Shown in pieces: positions 1 to 8,598 of a DNA stretch of 62,222 nucleotides. The stretch's first letter is position 1; each line of letters begins with the position of its first letter. A program made the position numbers and the translations under genes. The notes under the pieces are model-generated. The model was not told where the DNA came from, did no database searches, and saw nothing but the letters and a program-made list of their open reading frames with translations. Origin of the DNA: a virus (lineage: Duplodnaviria > Caudoviricetes). Location of the stretch: the IMG/VR virus record IMGVR_UViG_3300009124_000012, positions 1-62,222 of that record; one strand, 5' to 3'.

Positions 1-15
1 TTCCACTGTGCCATT

Positions 16-258
16 TTAGTATCCTACTGATGTTGCCCAGATTTCGGTTGCCGTATGACCAGGAGCATCAATTGTTTCATCGGGTAATTTCTCGATCAAT
101 ACTCTTTCTCCAGCAGCAATGTATAGAGTAGCTCCGTTACCCAAAGCAATCAATACAGGAGCAGTGTGGATATTAACTACAGAGCAAACTGTTGCTCTAC
201 TTAGATCCACGGGATTACTGGCAATATCTGTTGCTGTCCCTTTTACTTTAAGTAGCAT
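16..258 (-). CDS. hypothetical protein downstream of small terminase
   Basis: 80-aa ORF whose start overlaps the gp16 stop codon; no recognisable motif. Confidence 0.7.
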   Translation of the reverse strand: MLLKVKGTATDIASNPVDLSRATVCSVVNIHTAPVLIALGNGATLYIAAGERVLIEKLPDETIDAPGHTATEIWATSVGY

Positions 259-683
259 TACTCTCCTGACTCTTCTTTCTTATTTATCTGCTTGAGCATT
301 TTCTGTAAGTCTGCCGTACTACCCACAAACAAAGAATTGTTGACCGTTGATGGACCTGTTTTAGTTGGTGCATCTAGATCTTTCATCTTCTTCTGCAAAT
401 CAATTAATTTATCTGCGGTGTCTGCTACCTGCTTCATGGCGTTCACAGCGACTTCATACGCTCTTGGGTGCCCACTCTCCTGAGCAACCTCTAACGCCCC
501 GTCTAGCGCCTCCTGACCCTTGCTGATAAGGTTGTAGAGTTGCCCACGGGTATATTCGTAGTCGTCTTTCTGATCATCCTTCTCCTTCTTCTTAGGAGCA
601 GCAGGTTTTAGTTGTTCAGTTGGAACTTGAGTATCGATTTCGATATCAAAGATCTCCTCCATATTATCTTCAAAAGTGCTCAT
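258..683 (-). CDS. gp16: terminase small subunit (T4 gp16-like)
   Basis: DYEYTRGQLYNLI...ESGHPRAYEVA...NNSLFVGSTADLQKML typical of T4-like gp16; follows gp15. Confidence 0.9.
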   Translation of the reverse strand: MSTFEDNMEEIFDIEIDTQVPTEQLKPAAPKKKEKDDQKDDYEYTRGQLYNLISKGQEALDGALEVAQESGHPRAYEVAVNAMKQVADTADKLIDLQKKMKDLDAPTKTGPSTVNNSLFVGSTADLQKMLKQINKKEESGE

Positions 684-1480
684 AGAATTTCAATCCCTTC
701 GTTAAATCCAAAATCATCTGTAGTGATCAGCAGAGCATCATCCGCTGCATTGATAACACCATCACTATTCTTATCCTCAAGTGCTTTTGGTGAATATGTA
801 AACGTAGCGTTTCTTCTTGATATATTGGCATCGCCAATAGTTTCGTGAATAATAGACTTTGTAATAATATCTTTGGTACTGAATGGACCATAGATGTAAG
901 ACTTTGCTGTAAAATTTAATGTCCAAACAATGCTTCTTCTTTCTAAGAAACTATCATCCCAATCATCTTCATAATTAATGTTGTTTAGAACAATAGCAAC
1001 ATCTTTCTTTTCATCCATATCTGGAATCATATTGATTGTGATGTTGAAGTTTGGTTGGAAGTATGGTAAAATTTGTTCTAAAATTTGTAAACCATCGTCA
1101 CTAGACTTAGCGATAATTCCTAGTTCAAAATCAATGTTATATGGAACAGGAACGTATTGTACCTTTACTTCATCACCATTATCATTGATAACAGTTTTGT
1201 ATTTTTGAATAGGACTTACTTTTCTAGCAGCATCATAAGTAATATTATTCATCTCAAAGTACAATCTTGGAAGTGTGATAGCAACCTTTTGTGTACTTGG
1301 AGATTGCTCTAAGCGTACTAAGAATTTTTGCTTGGGACCATATGCTAAAGGAACTTTGCTTTCTTCTAGGACACCACCATTGTCGGGGTCAATCTTCTTT
1401 AATGTAATATTATTAAAGAGAGTACCAAACGCAATAATATTTTTGCGTATGATCTCGTTGTAAAAATGTGATCCTAACAT
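680..1480 (-). CDS. gp15: tail sheath stabiliser / tail completion protein (T4 gp15-like)
   Basis: HFYNEIIRKNIIAFGTLFNNI, VPLAYGPKQKF, QILEQILPYFQP motifs; gp13-gp14-gp15-gp16 order. Confidence 0.92.
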   Translation of the reverse strand: MLGSHFYNEIIRKNIIAFGTLFNNITLKKIDPDNGGVLEESKVPLAYGPKQKFLVRLEQSPSTQKVAITLPRLYFEMNNITYDAARKVSPIQKYKTVINDNGDEVKVQYVPVPYNIDFELGIIAKSSDDGLQILEQILPYFQPNFNITINMIPDMDEKKDVAIVLNNINYEDDWDDSFLERRSIVWTLNFTAKSYIYGPFSTKDIITKSIIHETIGDANISRRNATFTYSPKALEDKNSDGVINAADDALLITTDDFGFNEGIEIL

Positions 1481-2604
1481 CAGAAGCTATCCGTTTTATT
1501 TCCATATTCACCGAAAGGATTACCTTCCGTCCAATCAATAATATCGTCAGCAGTATCTTCGATCTGTCTATTCTGATCGTAAGTGCTGTTCGTATTATTT
1601 AGAGTGTCAAATGTATCAGGAGACCACTTAGCACCTGAGGTTAGACCAGTAATTACTTCAGCAGTAGTAAAGGTTCCTGTTCTATTGATGATTTGTAGTT
1701 CTCTAGTTGTGGAGTTCCAGGACTTGACTTCTGCTCGATTATCTTTTGGTGAGTAATCGATTTGAACAGTAGGAGCAGTGCTGTAGCCTGTGCCCCCACT
1801 AGTAATAGTAACACCAGTAACAAGACCCGAGGAATTAACCGATACCGTTCCTGTTGCTCCATTTCCTCCGCCTCCAGTAAATGTAACACTTGGTGGTAAT
1901 GTAGAACTATAATACAATCCAGCATCTGTAATAACTACCGCGTCTACAGCATCACCACTAATTGTTGCTGTTGCTTTAGCATGGAATTCATCACCAACAA
2001 CTTCTTCTCCAACGATGAAGTTTCCTGTACCACCAGGATCCATAAACAGTTGGATAGAAGCACCAAAGATTTCTTCCACCGCATCGATTTCTGCAACTCC
2101 AGTCTCGATGCTTTCACTGCCTGCTTCATACAATTCAGCAGTCATAGAATAAAATTGAATTTTACCAAACTGATAGAATGGTGTTTCGCGTTCTACGTAT
2201 TTAATTTCGTATAAATTTTTAGTCAGTGGGAAGTATAACAAATCACCTTCGTTGGGTCTTCCAGTGACTGTCAAGGTTGGATTATTTGAAGCAACTTCCT
2301 GATCCCACCTTCGGGTAGAAACACGGAATACAACTTCATCACTGATACGCAATCCAAACTTACTGATAAATTCTGACGTATCTCCAAACCCCGTTACATT
2401 TTCAAGAAGCATTTCAATCTGAAATTGCTCCTCAAATTTTGAGTAAATGATATCATCAAGAGTTTCTTCTCTTAAAATTGTTCTTGGCATGTAGTAGATA
2501 TCTGTGCCAAACAATTTAATTTGTTCGTCAGCAAGATCCTGGTAGAGACCTTGCTCACCAGAATCACCTTGATAGTATGTTGGAAAATAAGGACTAGTAG
2601 GCAT
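1480..2604 (-). CDS. gp14: neck protein (T4 gp14-like) with an inserted beta-module
   Basis: EQIKLFGTDIYYMPR, FISKFGL, RPNEGDLLYFP, PFYQFGK, C-terminal NPFG. Confidence 0.9.
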   Translation of the reverse strand: MPTSPYFPTYYQGDSGEQGLYQDLADEQIKLFGTDIYYMPRTILREETLDDIIYSKFEEQFQIEMLLENVTGFGDTSEFISKFGLRISDEVVFRVSTRRWDQEVASNNPTLTVTGRPNEGDLLYFPLTKNLYEIKYVERETPFYQFGKIQFYSMTAELYEAGSESIETGVAEIDAVEEIFGASIQLFMDPGGTGNFIVGEEVVGDEFHAKATATISGDAVDAVVITDAGLYYSSTLPPSVTFTGGGGNGATGTVSVNSSGLVTGVTITSGGTGYSTAPTVQIDYSPKDNRAEVKSWNSTTRELQIINRTGTFTTAEVITGLTSGAKWSPDTFDTLNNTNSTYDQNRQIEDTADDIIDWTEGNPFGEYGNKTDSF

Positions 2605-2605
2605 C

Positions 2606-3421
2606 TTATCCGATCATGTCTAGTGGTGGAAGTGAGTAGTCTGAAATCATCTTCGATTCCAATTCTTTAACTTCATTGTTACCATCCTCCCAGATCTGAC
2701 GACCATTGAGAGTGATGCCACCAGGAAGTTGGACATTATTATACTTAATCAAGTTTGCTCCCCACTGTCTCTTCATTAGTGCGGTAGCATATCTCTTTAA
2801 GAAACTATCATTGTATACCTGCGACCAACTGCCAGGGTCTAAAGCACGATTACAATCAATCAATAAGTAAATATCTTCTTGGATACCTTTACTTGCTCTA
2901 GTATCTACATCAACATAGAGACGATCCTGTCTCTTATTGAAACGAAATTCAATTAGAGATCCACTGTTTAGCACCATGTCTAAAGTAGACAGGTATTGCT
3001 TTGTCATAAAGTAATTTAAGATATCGAGTGATCCAAAAGCATATAAATCATTCAAGAAAATTTGGTACTCGATACCAAATAAATCATTTCTTATAGAACT
3101 TGATACTAAACCAAAAACTTTCGAGATGCCAACAACATGATCTGGGATGGTTAAGTAATTATCTCTTTCTTCCCACTCATCACCATTAGAACCTGTTGAT
3201 GTTTGATTTGATGACTGAAATCTTGTTACTTCAGCAGCAGTCATCTTATGCTTGAGATACATTCTCTCAATTCCATCATAGTGAAATTCCTGATAGAACT
3301 GAATAGCATCATCAATAACATTGTTTACCTGCTCATCATCAATATTAACTTGTAGTACAGGTTCTCCCAACTGCCTCTTGCAGTATGTTATTAGTTCTGC
3401 TCTTGTAGATGGCTGTGCCAT
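2606..3421 (-). CDS. gp13: neck protein (T4 gp13-like)
   Basis: PSTRAELITYCKRQLGEPVLQVNIDDEQ, KRQWGANLIKY, LPGGITLNG. Confidence 0.92.
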   Translation of the reverse strand: MAQPSTRAELITYCKRQLGEPVLQVNIDDEQVNNVIDDAIQFYQEFHYDGIERMYLKHKMTAAEVTRFQSSNQTSTGSNGDEWEERDNYLTIPDHVVGISKVFGLVSSSIRNDLFGIEYQIFLNDLYAFGSLDILNYFMTKQYLSTLDMVLNSGSLIEFRFNKRQDRLYVDVDTRASKGIQEDIYLLIDCNRALDPGSWSQVYNDSFLKRYATALMKRQWGANLIKYNNVQLPGGITLNGRQIWEDGNNEVKELESKMISDYSLPPLDMIG

Positions 3422-3431
3422 TTAGATACAC

Positions 3432-3468
3432 AATAAAAATTCCCTACCTGTATTTATCAGGCAGGGAA
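3432..3468 (-). terminator. intrinsic terminator whose 7-nt loop is a late-promoter box
   Basis: minus strand TTCCCTGCCTG-ATAAATA-CAGGTAGGGAA-TTTTTATT: 11-bp stem (one G.U pair) followed by a U-tract. Confidence 0.7.
3451..3458 (-). promoter_or_regulatory. T4-type late promoter for gp13
   Basis: GATAAATA about 30 nt upstream of the gp13 ATG. Confidence 0.65.
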
Positions 3469-3474
3469 CTAAAG

Positions 3475-3678
3475 TTATTCAGCAGGTGCTTCTTCTGGTG
3501 CTGCTGCTTCTTCTGCTGGTGGTTCGAGAAGATCTAGAGTTTCTAATCCACCAAGAAGTTTGGTTCGGTATTCTTCAGTCTTTGTTAATTGTGCTTTCAG
3601 TTCTGCAATTTGCTTATCTGCAGTTTCAATTTGTTCTTTGAAATTCTTTCTGAGGGTATCTACTTCCATGATTATCAA
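3475..3678 (-). CDS. small coiled-coil hypothetical protein
   Basis: 67 aa, heptad-like, acidic Pro/Ala tail; preceded by ACTAAATA at 3696-3703. Confidence 0.7.
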   Translation of the reverse strand: MIIMEVDTLRKNFKEQIETADKQIAELKAQLTKTEEYRTKLLGGLETLDLLEPPAEEAAAPEEAPAE

Positions 3679-3698
3679 TGAGTGATGTGTATATCTAT

Positions 3699-4232
3699 TT
3701 AGTCTATATCTCCACAGGAGTTGAACGAAATTATGGTTTTCCGAACATCATTCTGCATAGGGGGAGATCTGTGAATAACAAAACTTGGCAAGGATAATAT
3801 GTCTCCTTCCTCCACTTCAATCGTGCTAACTTTTTTTGTTATAGGATCTTTTACTTCCAAGAAAGGAGATCCTTCTGGTATGTCAACATAGTAAACATTT
3901 GTCCACTGACAATCCATATGGATGTGCCACATATGTCCACTACCTTTTTCATATTGCTGAAACCAGCAATTGTGGATGTTTATTCTCTTGAAACCATAAT
4001 GAGAGTAAACATCTTCCATATGATATCCTAGATCAGGAAACAAGTAATCCATGTATTCCCGATGGAAATCTTTACCTTTATTCCAGTCAGACTTTGTGAT
4101 TATAGATGAACCATAATCAACAGATGGGCAGTCTAATTTATTGATAGCAGATAAAATATTATCTTTTAACTTTAAATGTGATTGAAACTTCGATTTAAAT
4201 ATAGGACATGATAAAGAAATCGTTTCGATCAT
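3699..4232 (-). CDS. 2OG-Fe(II) oxygenase-like protein (HxH type)
   Basis: WFQQY...HMWHIH...VYYV...EGDILSLPSFVIHRS...KTIISFN double-stranded beta-helix pattern. Confidence 0.75.
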   Translation of the reverse strand: MIETISLSCPIFKSKFQSHLKLKDNILSAINKLDCPSVDYGSSIITKSDWNKGKDFHREYMDYLFPDLGYHMEDVYSHYGFKRINIHNCWFQQYEKGSGHMWHIHMDCQWTNVYYVDIPEGSPFLEVKDPITKKVSTIEVEEGDILSLPSFVIHRSPPMQNDVRKTIISFNSCGDID

Positions 4233-4903
4233 ACTTTATAATAATTTTCTGCGTTAGGATCTGGATTTACTAGTGCAACGTCTGCTGGAACTTGACCTTC
4301 AGTAATAGCACCGATTGTTTCTTCTGCATTCTCTCCTCTTGCTAAAGAAAGATACATTCCAGGTTCTGGAAGGTTTGCGGCATTTTCTAAAACAAATGAT
4401 TTAATTTCTTCTAGAGATCTTCCAGACTTTTTCATTTGAGCATGAATGCTCATGACAAATGTGCTATCAATTGGTTTAGTTACTAGAGGCTTGAGTGCTT
4501 CAAAAATTTGAATACACTCCTTTTCATTTGTTGATAAAATATAATTTGGTGCCTGATCTAGTTTCTCTTCTGGTGCTTCATCAGCAAGTTGGAATGCAAA
4601 AGATGCAGGTCTTGGTTCTCTAGTAAGTTGTTCAATCTTTTTCTCTACCGCACTTTTTACTTTGTGCTCGTCTACGTAGTTTTCAATTAGTTGAACTACT
4701 TCTGCCTCTGTAAAGTCCGAGAAACTTCTAAACCCAACAATAGTCTCTGTGAGTTCAAAAACAATCTCACGCTGTACACTTGCAGCAACTCCAGTCTCAT
4801 GCTCACCCAAGTAGGTAAACCTAATCTTAGTTAATACATCTTCATGATTTTCTGTAGTTGTTACGAATGGGACAATACTCGTAATGCTGTACTTAATAGA
4901 CAT
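4229..4903 (-). CDS. hypothetical protein (possibly tail-fibre associated)
   Basis: 224-aa ORF overlapping both neighbours within the island. Confidence 0.65.
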   Translation of the reverse strand: MSIKYSITSIVPFVTTTENHEDVLTKIRFTYLGEHETGVAASVQREIVFELTETIVGFRSFSDFTEAEVVQLIENYVDEHKVKSAVEKKIEQLTREPRPASFAFQLADEAPEEKLDQAPNYILSTNEKECIQIFEALKPLVTKPIDSTFVMSIHAQMKKSGRSLEEIKSFVLENAANLPEPGMYLSLARGENAEETIGAITEGQVPADVALVNPDPNAENYYKV

Positions 4904-6260
4904 ATTTCTTTCTGAAATTGGGCGAATTTTCTAAAGGACCTTCGATTAGAGGGGTCTCCAGAGTGTTGAATGCATGTACTCCTAATTTATTTAGGATCAT
5001 ATCAACTCCCTCTACATATGTATAATCATTTTCTTCTATGAAATCCCAGAACATCTTGTCTAAGGTTTCTTCGAGTTCCAATCCTCTAACCGCAAGCAAG
5101 AAATTGTGGGTAGCATAATTTCCATACTCATTATCAATTGGGTAGAATGTGTTGGACTTATGAATATTAATTACATACTTCAGGAACTGTAGATCGTCCT
5201 TCAAGAAATTATATGCTTTTTCTTTTGCATGTTTCCAGAAAGGAGTATCATAAACAGATCCTGCCAGATAATGCATAGCAGTAACTTGTCTGATATGGTT
5301 TACACGATCAACAATTTCAATAGAATACATTTCTTTCTTGTATTCTAAATCCGAATCATCGTTTGGATTTAAAATTTCAACATACATTTGGTTAGCGAAG
5401 TTAACCATCTGTAAAGTATTTGCCTCCATTGGTTCAATGAAGAACAAAGAGTTACCATTATAGCAAATATTCCCTTCAATGGGATTTCTTCTCATTCCCG
5501 ATCGGAATGAAAAATCAACCGTGTCATATTCTAGTAAGTTGAGACCATAATTTTCCTCAACATACTTCACCATATTATCTTTTGCTTCATGAATATTAGT
5601 GATAGTATTATTGAACAACCAACCAATAGATGTCTCGTTTGCTAATGGAATTTCAAAACACCAACCATCAGGAGTTGCTGTATGTTTCGTTGCACCATAA
5701 TGTGGATTTGCATGGGGGATATGTGCAACCACGACATGGTTGATCGGAACCTCATCAAACTCTACATAGTCCTCAATCTGATCTTCTGAAAATCCCGTGC
5801 AATCATAAACAAAATCATATTGATCCTTAATTTCATCAATATCTACTCGTTCTTCGTAAACATTAATTTCTGTATTCTCACTTAGCATCTCCATAGCAAG
5901 TTTTCTAAACTTGCTATTTTTGAAATGACATGCAATTCTTTCTCCACTGAAAGGAGAGAAATGTTTTTTGCCGTTTTGTCCCCATCCAACAAATTCAACT
6001 GCATGTTTGATAGTAGCTTCACATTCTTTAAAACTATCATACACAGGATTAAACCCTAGAGTTTTCCACAACAATGCCATAACATCATGCGTGGTTGATT
6101 CTCCAACGGTAGAAATAGCACCTTCGGGATCACCAGTGTAATAATCAATAATTGTGTCTTGAATTTCTTCTTCAGGAACAGATGATTTTAAATTTACTAA
6201 TGACAGTGCAGTTAGGATACCAGATGTACCACCGCCAACAACACACAATTTATAGGTCAT
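4893..6260 (-). CDS. prnA: flavin-dependent (tryptophan) halogenase-like protein
   Basis: VVGGGTSG FAD motif, VGESTT, ATIK...F.GW (catalytic Lys position), DCTGF, GWCFEIPL, FIEPMEA, YDTPFW. Confidence 0.8.
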   Translation of the reverse strand: MTYKLCVVGGGTSGILTALSLVNLKSSVPEEEIQDTIIDYYTGDPEGAISTVGESTTHDVMALLWKTLGFNPVYDSFKECEATIKHAVEFVGWGQNGKKHFSPFSGERIACHFKNSKFRKLAMEMLSENTEINVYEERVDIDEIKDQYDFVYDCTGFSEDQIEDYVEFDEVPINHVVVAHIPHANPHYGATKHTATPDGWCFEIPLANETSIGWLFNNTITNIHEAKDNMVKYVEENYGLNLLEYDTVDFSFRSGMRRNPIEGNICYNGNSLFFIEPMEANTLQMVNFANQMYVEILNPNDDSDLEYKKEMYSIEIVDRVNHIRQVTAMHYLAGSVYDTPFWKHAKEKAYNFLKDDLQFLKYVINIHKSNTFYPIDNEYGNYATHNFLLAVRGLELEETLDKMFWDFIEENDYTYVEGVDMILNKLGVHAFNTLETPLIEGPLENSPNFRKKYVY

Positions 6261-6982
6261 GATTTATCAAACAAAAAACTAAAAGGACATTTAGAAGATT
6301 TTTCTTGCCTCTCCTGTCTATTTAATATAGTTTTCCAGGAGAGATTTTTACCAAAATTCTTAAGGGTTAGATGTTGGTTAATCTTATATATGACATCATC
6401 GGGAGGGAACTTTTTAGTCATAGTTACGGTATCCCGAAAAGATTTCGTATGAAATCTTAGGTAGTGAATAGGATCACCACGTTTCAATGAAACAGTTTCA
6501 TTGTGATCTACAACTCTAAATCCCAAAGAAGTAGTTCTTTCCCATGCTGATAATGGAAAATGTGCAGAGACTACTTCCATATTATTATTGATAGTAGTTC
6601 TTGAATATGGTAGACATTCAAAAATAACATCTTTTGAATGTGTCCACATACAAATTGCATTTGCCACCTGAATTAATGGCTCATTTCCATGACACCATCC
6701 TTCGGTAGTCAAAACCATTTCTGGTTTACTAGAAACCCAGTCAAAATCTTGTTTGTTTACAGTAACATCTATATCATATTGCATTCGATATAAAAATGTC
6801 CTTTGTGCCCAGTTCTTCCAAGCAGGGCATTGATAATATTCGTATTGTTTATGCTCTTCAATTTCTGATACTTTTTCTGGTTGAAGATATACATCTTCCA
6901 TAGAAAGGGGATGATGCAACATCCCCTCATCCATCCAGTTAAAATTGAAAACGGGATAATAAAAAATTTCAACGTTACTCAT
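6257..6982 (-). CDS. hypothetical protein of cyanophage accessory-island type
   Basis: 241 aa, YYQCPAW, KRGDPI, C-terminal KCPF; 4-nt overlap with the halogenase start. Confidence 0.7.
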   Translation of the reverse strand: MSNVEIFYYPVFNFNWMDEGMLHHPLSMEDVYLQPEKVSEIEEHKQYEYYQCPAWKNWAQRTFLYRMQYDIDVTVNKQDFDWVSSKPEMVLTTEGWCHGNEPLIQVANAICMWTHSKDVIFECLPYSRTTINNNMEVVSAHFPLSAWERTTSLGFRVVDHNETVSLKRGDPIHYLRFHTKSFRDTVTMTKKFPPDDVIYKINQHLTLKNFGKNLSWKTILNRQERQEKSSKCPFSFLFDKS

Positions 6983-6998
6983 AATTATTCAAAAAAGA

Positions 6999-8018
6999 TC
7001 ATTCATCAATCTGTGCAATTTGTACTGTTCCATTTCCTCCACCAGATCCATAGGGTCCATTACCCCATCCACCACCGCCACCATTGGCAGAGATAGATCC
7101 ATTGTTCGTGTAAGATCCTGCATACATGATCAAGATTTGACCACCACCTGATCCTCCACCACCAGCGTTTTCACCGCCAGCCCAACCGTTTCCAGCATTA
7201 CAACCTCTAGAACCCTGACAAGTAATTGTACCACTATTATAGAAGTTTCCGCCAACAAGAATGACAATTAGACCACCTACACCACTGTCAGTGCAGCTGT
7301 GACCATAAGGACCTGATCCGCCACCATTGCCATTTCCAGCACCACCTCCAGCACCACAACCACCACAGTTTCCGCTGCTATTACCACCTCTACATCCCCA
7401 TGCTTGTCCTGCACCACCTGTACTAGCTCTAGCACCGCCGCCACCAGCACCGCCAGACCATGGAGCACCATAACTACCCCAACCACCAGATCCGCCACCA
7501 TTCCAAGCAGTCGCGCCGCGACCACCGCCACCAGTCTGGTTTCCGCTACCATTTGACTGGTTTCCAGCACCAGTTCTATTTAAAGTAAAGGTTCTCCAAC
7601 CACTACCTTCACCAGTAAGAAGATCTGAGTTGGCATTAATAATATTCTGTACACTTCCACTTGCCTGGCTCATGTTACTTCCTTGTGTGGAAGAATAACC
7701 TTGAGCTTTTGCAGTCCATGTAAGTTGTCCGTTAGAAGAAGCACATGCTCCTTTACTCTTCATGTTGATGGTTCCACGATTATCAAAGTTACCCGAAACC
7801 ATGATGAACATACCTCTACAATAGTTGTTTGTAGATAATGTTCCGCCACCTCTATAAAAACTAGAGAACTGGCGAACAACCATTTCTCCATTATATCCAC
7901 TAGCACCAGGAACACCCCAGTTATCATTACTGTTGGTGCTATAAGATCCGTTGGATTCATCTCCAAAAAAATTACCGCCGCCACCTGCTGCGGCTGCTAG
8001 CATTTCAGCATTTAACAT
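6999..8018 (-). CDS. glycine-rich tail-fibre tip / adhesin-like protein
   Basis: numerous GGGG/GGxGG runs, GGGGSGGGQILI, NNGSISANGGGGG; follows fibre genes. Confidence 0.7.
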   Translation of the reverse strand: MLNAEMLAAAAGGGGNFFGDESNGSYSTNSNDNWGVPGASGYNGEMVVRQFSSFYRGGGTLSTNNYCRGMFIMVSGNFDNRGTINMKSKGACASSNGQLTWTAKAQGYSSTQGSNMSQASGSVQNIINANSDLLTGEGSGWRTFTLNRTGAGNQSNGSGNQTGGGGRGATAWNGGGSGGWGSYGAPWSGGAGGGGARASTGGAGQAWGCRGGNSSGNCGGCGAGGGAGNGNGGGSGPYGHSCTDSGVGGLIVILVGGNFYNSGTITCQGSRGCNAGNGWAGGENAGGGGSGGGQILIMYAGSYTNNGSISANGGGGGWGNGPYGSGGGNGTVQIAQIDE

Positions 8019-8027
8019 AATTAAACC

Positions 8028-8567
8028 TCAACCTAGATTTAGTGTGGGAACAATAACGATTCTTCTGCTACCATTTGATGGATCAGTTTGAACATAATAT
8101 GCTAACATGTTCAAAGTATTTCCAGAAAATGATGGAGCAGTTGCTTCACCAAAGACATATGTTGATCCTGCAAAGTTCAAGTTTGAAGAAGATCCTAGTC
8201 TAACCATAATAATACCAGACTTTCCATCGTGCTGGTTACTTGGAGATCCTAAAGTATAGGTATTACTATTAGGAACGTTTACATAAAAGTTTTGACCAGT
8301 ATTTAAGTTCCATGTAATTGTGCTACCACTCAGGGAGTTGTTCATATTTACTGGTTCTGCATATGCAGCAATAACTCTAGTTTTTGCTTCTAAAGTTACT
8401 AGATCGCTTGCATCATCAAATGCAATCATGTTCGTTCCGCCAGAATCCTGCAGTCCTACAGTTCTGATAGGATTGTTTTGGGACCTAAGAGTAGCCCCAG
8501 AAGCAATATCAAGAATATAAGATGCTGAAGATGGTCCTGCTAGACTACCTACTGTGAGTGTACTCAT
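8028..8567 (-). CDS. short tail-fibre-associated protein
   Basis: MSTLTVGSL start; ITWNLNTGQNF...TLGSPSN...G.SGIIMV domain seen at fibre ends; late box ACTAAATA at 8590-8597. Confidence 0.6.
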   Translation of the reverse strand: MSTLTVGSLAGPSSASYILDIASGATLRSQNNPIRTVGLQDSGGTNMIAFDDASDLVTLEAKTRVIAAYAEPVNMNNSLSGSTITWNLNTGQNFYVNVPNSNTYTLGSPSNQHDGKSGIIMVRLGSSSNLNFAGSTYVFGEATAPSFSGNTLNMLAYYVQTDPSNGSRRIVIVPTLNLG

Positions 8568-8598
8568 TTTTTTACAATCTCTTTTTTACTATTTAGTA

